Assembly: GCA_964589775.1 (NCBI GenBank)
Contig: CAZPUN010000026.1
Location: 1 to 32,000 of the forward strand
Source of the DNA: an uncultured archaeon
GTDB lineage: Archaea; Asgardarchaeota; Thorarchaeia; Thorarchaeales; CAZPUN01
Length of the DNA: 32,000 nucleotides
Direction: 5' to 3'
Shown: positions 26,531-32,000 of the stretch, piece by piece
Layout: each line of letters begins with the position of its first letter
Position numbering within the stretch: position 1 is the stretch's first letter
Position numbers and translations under genes: made by a program
Notes under the pieces: generated by a model
What the model was told of the DNA's origin: nothing
The model's input: only the letters and a program-made list of their open reading frames with translations
Database searches by the model: none

Positions 26531-28416
26531 TCTTTATCCTCCTCTTCTGAAGCTGGGTTCTTATATATAAGCATCAGATTTGCTATACATACAATGATAT
26601 AGCTCATGATTGTACCGAACAAGAATTGATAGTAGAAGTTTGTAGTAATCATAAAACCGATTGCAGAAATTATAAACATCAAAATCATAACTGATAATTT
26701 CAACTTAGAAACTCTAAGATATGTTCCGCTTTTAAGATTTGAAGATTCCAGCAAGTCTTTTTCTGGAACAATATATCCGACCATTGGCATTATGAGTACA
26801 GAAAATAGACTAGCAATAATGAATAAAATAGATTCAACTGTCAAATACATTTGATGCCCGAAGATAGAAATGTTAAGTGAAATTGTGTTTGTATACATCC
26901 TATAGAAAATTAAATTAAAATCAAATTTTTCAGAAATACCAATTATTGTTAGAGCAGGTACAAATAACGTAATCGTAGCCTGTAAAACATGAAGTAATGT
27001 CCTTCGGGAATGATATTCAACCTCTTTTGCTCTAGGGCTTAACTGTTTCAAATTACTCATTACTCGGTCTTGTTCCCACAAAGCTCTATAGAAGCTTAAA
27101 ACCGTAATTCCTACTGAAATAAAAATACCAACCCAATAGCTTGTTGTCGGAAGGCTCAGCTTTAGCATTGCTATGAATAAAGCGATCAATAGTAAGCTTC
27201 CTATGGCAAATAGTATTAGTTCATAGAGTTTTATACGCCGATAGTAGGATTTTCTAATTTTTAGTGTAGGCCACATGTAGACCGCAGCAGGTCCCGTGAA
27301 ATATAGTAGTGGAATTCCATATTCTAATGGTGGTTTCACTTCGCCTTCCCAGAACCCTCTGACAAATGCCTGACTAAGATAATAGAGACCTTTCGGCAAA
27401 TCTGAGGAGTTAATCAAATTGATTTCTGTGGGTGTAATATTAAAAATCACAATTAATCCTAATCCAATGAATGCAGATAAGAGAAATGTGAATAGGAATG
27501 AAAATATGAACTGCTCGGGCTTATCTCTTAACAACTTGAGAGAAGTTATAATACCATTCTTATACCGGTATAAAATATTGATCGAGAATAATAGAATAAT
27601 TGGTGCTACTGAAAATGTTATACCCAGCATTCCAAAGCTTATATAGGGTAGAAACCAACTTGATACTTCATGACCGGATAATATCAAATAAATTTCATAA
27701 ACTATGCTTCCTTCTACCATAGAAATGACCATAAGGAGAATAAGCAATCGCTCTTCGGGCGTCAAATTATGTAATGTTCTAAATGGAAGAAATACAAAAA
27801 TAACTAAACTAAACAAAATGACAAGAATCGGTATTATGAACGCATGATTAAATCCAAGTGTGATTGAATAATTCGGGAGAATCCACCATACGTCTCCAGT
27901 CTCCGGAAAGAATGCCATACTGAAGATATTGATCATTGGAAATATATCGATTATAAAAATTACAATCGAGATAATAATACTCTTCAAGATACTTTTACGT
28001 TCAATTCGCGTGTATCCATCTGCGTAACAGTCTTTATACTTTGCAAACGGTATCTGTGAAACTAGCAAGATCAATAAAAATGAAAAAGTCAAAGCATGCA
28101 TGAACGACAAAATCATGAATGAATTCGAATTTATGCGTGAATAGTTTCCTAATGCAAGAGATATCAATAATATCGAGAGAAGATTAAAATTTAGGGAGAA
28201 TTGACCTCCGAAATATAGTGACAAAATGGCAAAAATAAGCATTACAGAAAATCCTAAGAAGAATATGTTTAGATTTGTATATTCAGACTGTTTGTAATGA
28301 ATGGCCACATATCCAATCAGCATTAGGACTACTAAAACCATCGCAATATCCAGTCGCTTTGTTGCTTCATTTCGAAGTCTTTGAAGTTCATTGATGTCCC
28401 CACTACCAGTAGGCAT
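26527..28416 (-). CDS. Polytopic membrane protein (~15-17 TM) of unknown function
   Basis: Hydrophobic helices throughout. SD AGGGAG before ATG 28416. Stop overlaps the start of the MinD-like gene. Confidence 0.8.
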   Translation of the reverse strand: MPTGSGDINELQRLRNEATKRLDIAMVLVVLMLIGYVAIHYKQSEYTNLNIFFLGFSVMLIFAILSLYFGGQFSLNFNLLSILLISLALGNYSRINSNSFMILSFMHALTFSFLLILLVSQIPFAKYKDCYADGYTRIERKSILKSIIISIVIFIIDIFPMINIFSMAFFPETGDVWWILPNYSITLGFNHAFIIPILVILFSLVIFVFLPFRTLHNLTPEERLLILLMVISMVEGSIVYEIYLILSGHEVSSWFLPYISFGMLGITFSVAPIILLFSINILYRYKNGIITSLKLLRDKPEQFIFSFLFTFLLSAFIGLGLIVIFNITPTEINLINSSDLPKGLYYLSQAFVRGFWEGEVKPPLEYGIPLLYFTGPAAVYMWPTLKIRKSYYRRIKLYELILFAIGSLLLIALFIAMLKLSLPTTSYWVGIFISVGITVLSFYRALWEQDRVMSNLKQLSPRAKEVEYHSRRTLLHVLQATITLFVPALTIIGISEKFDFNLIFYRMYTNTISLNISIFGHQMYLTVESILFIIASLFSVLIMPMVGYIVPEKDLLESSNLKSGTYLRVSKLKLSVMILMFIISAIGFMITTNFYYQFLFGTIMSYIIVCIANLMLIYKNPASEEEDKE

Positions 28417-28700
28417 TAAATAATCTCCCTTTGCTTTTGTAATATCATATATGATAAAACTTGTTTTTAAATATTTTTTAAGGCATATTTCGATTTTTTG
28501 CATAAATTTTAAGACAATTTATAAAGATTTATTGAGTTTATTATTGCGGAATATTTGATATGTTTAGTTTCAGAATCCATAAATATTCTTTTATATTACC
28601 GATTTTTTAAAAGAATTTGCTTTTTGAAAAAAAAGTTTTCTCATTTGGTTAGTAAATTTTAAATATTTTCTGGGCTCTACAATTAATATGGTGATCTCTT

Positions 28701-29219
28701 ATGAGTACATCTAAATCCATGGAGAGAAAGTTTGCAGGCATTACGATGGCTGCAGTTATGGCAAGCATTCCACATTTGGGAATTGATATGTCAATAGCGG
28801 CTAGAATTACTGGAATACAAATAAAAGAATTGATGGAAAAAAGCAACGAGGAAATTCCTTACAAGAAAATTTTCGAATATATTAAAGAAAATTTTAAACC
28901 CAATAGTTCAAGTGATGAATACGATAAATTAAGAGAAATTCTAAAACTATTCAGAGAGGCTGTAGCAAAATATTCAATAGGCACTTCCATTGAATATTCA
29001 GAAATTAAGGATAATAAATTCGAACTAAATATAAAGAATTGCTTCCATAGTTATGCGAGGAATGCACTAAACATTTTGGGTATTAATCCACCAATTTGTA
29101 TTGCATTAGGAGTTACTTCAGCATTAATAGAAGAGATATCTGGAAAAGTCCTAAGTATTAAGGACTCCACATATGATCCAGAAACTGAAACATGTCGCCA
29201 TATAATGGAAATAGAATAA
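28701..29219 (+). CDS. V4R-like domain protein with three conserved-looking Cys
   Basis: FELNIKNCF, PPICIALGVTSALIE and a terminal CRHIMEI strand, as in V4R-type folds. Confidence 0.65.
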   Translation: MSTSKSMERKFAGITMAAVMASIPHLGIDMSIAARITGIQIKELMEKSNEEIPYKKIFEYIKENFKPNSSSDEYDKLREILKLFREAVAKYSIGTSIEYSEIKDNKFELNIKNCFHSYARNALNILGINPPICIALGVTSALIEEISGKVLSIKDSTYDPETETCRHIMEIE

Positions 29220-29248
29220 TTTTTTCCTGCTCATTTTTTTAGTATAGT

Positions 29249-29938
29249 TCATTTCACTATGGAATATTCATTTGCTCTTAACCAGAGTAATCTCAGTGCA
29301 TCTGCAACATCTTCTGAATAATCTGCAATATCTTCGATGAATTCAATAACATTGAGGGCAATTACAGCATCTATTGGATCTAATTCGCCTTTCTTTGCGG
29401 CGTTCCGAATTACACTAATTGTTTTCATATGTGCAATATCAACGACATGCTCTAGTCTATCGATCTCATCGCAGCGTTCAAGAATGTTTTCACTTTTACC
29501 TTTTACCATATCAAATAGGAGTTCATAAGTTCTCTGGGTGCAATCTCTGCTTCCAGAATACATTTCGGTTAAGAAACTAGCAATCTTTTTCGCAATTGGG
29601 AATTCAAACATATTTAGACGAATTCCAGCAAGATGTGCTGCATCGGCCATGTTATCTGCAGCACGAGTTAATGTCATTAAATCATCACGTTCTGCGCTCG
29701 GGAGATCTCCCACTGTAAGCTCATCCAGAATCTTTCGTCTTAGTGCATCTGCTTCATGTTCCATTTGCGATATTCGCTTTATTATGACTTCAATATCGCC
29801 TTCTTTACCTTTTCTGTATGCCTTTAGTAGATTATCAAAATCAAGAACTGTATCTCGAACAAGTTTGGCATGGTCAAGAAGCACCTTATATGCTGCTTTT
29901 TCCTTTCGTGTTTTTAGCCATTTTCGTATTTCAGCCAT
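29249..29938 (-). CDS. DUF47 / PhoU-like phosphate transport regulator (TIGR00153-like)
   Basis: EHEADALRR, ERDDL..L....DNMAD, EHVVD, IEDIADYSEDVAD. SD GAGGGAG before ATG 29938. Confidence 0.9.
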   Translation of the reverse strand: MAEIRKWLKTRKEKAAYKVLLDHAKLVRDTVLDFDNLLKAYRKGKEGDIEVIIKRISQMEHEADALRRKILDELTVGDLPSAERDDLMTLTRAADNMADAAHLAGIRLNMFEFPIAKKIASFLTEMYSGSRDCTQRTYELLFDMVKGKSENILERCDEIDRLEHVVDIAHMKTISVIRNAAKKGELDPIDAVIALNVIEFIEDIADYSEDVADALRLLWLRANEYSIVK

Positions 29939-30098
29939 TTTTACTCCCTCTTGCGCAAATATCAACTCTATTTTATTCTGTTTTTAGACTAAAAACATTG
30001 TCGGTTTTACCAATTTAGTTTTGGTTTGTTTACATCTCTCATTTTAAAAAAGTCTATATTAATAATTTCAATTTTTTAAGAAAAGGAATAAAAGAGAT

Positions 30099-31256
30099 TT
30101 AATCGACATCACAATGCTTCCAGCGATCTCTGGAGCCCTCAATTTTGTCGATTGGCAAGTCATCTTTAATTAATGTATCGATGAATTTTTGTGTATCATG
30201 AATTGCTAGTTCTGGGGGTTTTGCTCCGGCTTCGATTTCACCATTTGCCTGCATGTATGATAATAGGGCGATTGGGAATCCTGTAGAACGCATCATTGCA
30301 GTAAGATTTGTTTCCTCATCATAATAATCAATCATTTCAAATATGCACTTATGGCTTCCTTTGCCTTCTATGATTACCTTTAATAGGACAAGATCTTTGC
30401 CTTCTTTGGGTAGGTTTTTATCCAATATAGCCTCGAATACATCTCGAGGGCGAACTTTTTTAGAGCCAACCTTGATCTCGTCTTCACTGGCTAATCCGAT
30501 GTCCAACATCGCTTTCATAATATTGCAATGACCGGGATAACGAACGGTCTTATAATCCAGATTCTGGATTTTACCTTTTAGCGTGTATGGTAGTGTTGAT
30601 ACGCCACCTGACGTATGGAAACATTCCAGAGTTCCAAAAGGTTCTCGAAACTTTACATCTTCAACTTCAGTCATGGATTCAACAGTTTTGAGTTCGCCGT
30701 CTCTTATGATAATAGATGGCTCTATGTACTCATTTACGAGACCATGAACTGAAAAAACGATCATATAATTCAATGGCGGCTTAGGGTCTTGTGGCAGACC
30801 CCCAACACGAATTTTAATCGTATGAGCACCTTTGACGCGGTTGTATCCGTCCATTGCAAGGATCGAAACTAAACCCGGTGCGAGACCCATGTCTGGGACA
30901 ATTGAAACATCCGATTCTTTTGCCTTATTATCAAGGGATAATTCTTCTTGGACAACATCATTATTTCCGCCTAAATCCGTAAAATGAACATGTTTTTCAA
31001 TTGCAACACGTGCTAAGGAAAGATTATAATCATATGGAACTGCAGCAATAACACTATCAAGTCCATCAAAAAATTTTAACACATCTTCCTTTTTACTTGC
31101 ATCTACTTTCATAAAATCATCTATGCCATATGTATGGGCTAATTGTTTTGCATTCTCGAGGTTAATATCGCCAATTTTTAATTCTACGCCTTTCTTAGAC
31201 AGGTAATATGCGATTGCTTTACCCATTCTACCTGCGCCTAATACACCTATTTTCAT
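30099..31256 (-). CDS. Saccharopine dehydrogenase / lysine 6-dehydrogenase family oxidoreductase
   Basis: GAGRMG, HFTDLGG, DMGLAPG, RVGGLPQ.P.PPLNY, GLVNEY, YKTVRYPGH, TAMMRSTGFP. Confidence 0.92.
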   Translation of the reverse strand: MKIGVLGAGRMGKAIAYYLSKKGVELKIGDINLENAKQLAHTYGIDDFMKVDASKKEDVLKFFDGLDSVIAAVPYDYNLSLARVAIEKHVHFTDLGGNNDVVQEELSLDNKAKESDVSIVPDMGLAPGLVSILAMDGYNRVKGAHTIKIRVGGLPQDPKPPLNYMIVFSVHGLVNEYIEPSIIIRDGELKTVESMTEVEDVKFREPFGTLECFHTSGGVSTLPYTLKGKIQNLDYKTVRYPGHCNIMKAMLDIGLASEDEIKVGSKKVRPRDVFEAILDKNLPKEGKDLVLLKVIIEGKGSHKCIFEMIDYYDEETNLTAMMRSTGFPIALLSYMQANGEIEAGAKPPELAIHDTQKFIDTLIKDDLPIDKIEGSRDRWKHCDVD

Positions 31257-31368
31257 TTTTGAACACCAATTATACATAATTAGAACTTACTGATTCATAT
31301 AGTGATAAACATCTAATAATATTTTTGGGATTTTAACATATGAAAATAAAAAAAGAAGAAAAAAGACT

Positions 31369-32000
31369 TTATCGCTTCTTAATCTTTATGGCTATTCCGA
31401 CAAGTACTACGATCGCGATAAATATAGCCATAAATCCGGCATATTTTGATAGATCTGTAGGTACCTCTGTTGAGGCTTCAGAAACGATAAATGTGTATGT
31501 ATTTGACTTGGCCATATTATTGTTTCCATCATACGCCGTAATATAGAATGTAACATTGGTTCCCTCTGGCAAAATGCCTAATGAGTAATGAAATATAGAT
31601 TCAGTTGTTTCAGCTTCCATTTCGCCAGTATGCATTTCACCGTTAATGTAGTATGTAATGTTCACACTGTGTATAACCTGATCAGATACCTTCGCTTTAA
31701 TTATAATTTCACTACCTGCGTCCGGTGCATTCGGTTCTGTCCAGACCGAAATGAACTTGGGCGGTACATCATCATACATTGGATTCTTACCTTGTTGATA
31801 TTCCTGTAAGTTTGTAAGACCGTCTCCATCAGAATCTTGACTCGCATCAGAAGAATTAGTTGGATTCAATCCATACTGTACTTCCCAACCATCTGGCATA
31901 CCATCGCTATCAGTATCATTGTTTCTTGGATTTGTGTTATGCTGAAATTCTTGTATGTTTGTGAGATTATCATTATCCAAGTCAAATGCGGCATCAGAAG
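31369..32000 (-). CDS. C-terminal part of a surface protein with thrombospondin-type-3-like Ca-binding repeats, Ig-like domain and TM anchor (truncated by window edge)
   Basis: DxDNDNLTN.QE, DTDSDGMPDGWE, DSDGDGLTNLQE repeats; VTFYITAYD strand; C-terminal TM followed by KIKKR. Confidence 0.88.
   Translation of the reverse strand, partial: SDAAFDLDNDNLTNIQEFQHNTNPRNNDTDSDGMPDGWEVQYGLNPTNSSDASQDSDGDGLTNLQEYQQGKNPMYDDVPPKFISVWTEPNAPDAGSEIIIKAKVSDQVIHSVNITYYINGEMHTGEMEAETTESIFHYSLGILPEGTNVTFYITAYDGNNNMAKSNTYTFIVSEASTEVPTDLSKYAGFMAIFIAIVVLVGIAIKIKKR

Noticed and set aside
25905-26570. 221-aa plus-strand ORF and the other short ORFs antisense to or nested in called genes (e.g. 355-699, 8329-8667, 9627-10004, 29538-29987)
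   Set aside because: Shadow ORFs opposite well-supported genes, with no motifs or SD signals.
1-32000. Prophage, transposon or integrated element
   Set aside because: No integrase, transposase, capsid or replication gene was recognised, and no att-like repeats or tRNA target. The ParA-like gene has no ParB partner.

Overview
AT-rich archaeal chromosomal window. The TATA-binding protein, GGAGG/GGTGA Shine-Dalgarno motifs and oligo-T terminators show it is archaeal. The gene content (WD40, V4R-like, small GTPase, beta-helix surface protein) is compatible with an Asgard/TACK-related lineage, which is inference only. Recognisable genes: tbp, a CDF Zn exporter, gdhA, a GvpD/KaiC-like ATPase, kptA, udp, an SDR, a GPH-type MFS transporter, a GNAT, a DUF47/PhoU-like protein, a saccharopine/lysine dehydrogenase and two surface proteins. 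The best candidate for an undescribed system is a four-gene minus-strand cluster (28416->22181). It encodes a polytopic membrane protein, a MinD/ParA-type ATPase with a MinD-like amphipathic helix, a 636-aa protein with possible degenerate FtsZ/tubulin motifs, and an MglA/CvnD-like small GTPase. A ~90-nt GC-rich structured ncRNA candidate with promoter and U-tract follows it, and V4R-like genes flank it on both sides. Other oddities: a diverged copy of part of the CDF gene interrupted by a lone CRISPR-repeat-like 36-mer, an operator-like motif array upstream of gdhA, and a very AT-rich membrane/RCK + ACT-like gene pair. All assignments come from reading motifs by eye; no database searches were run.
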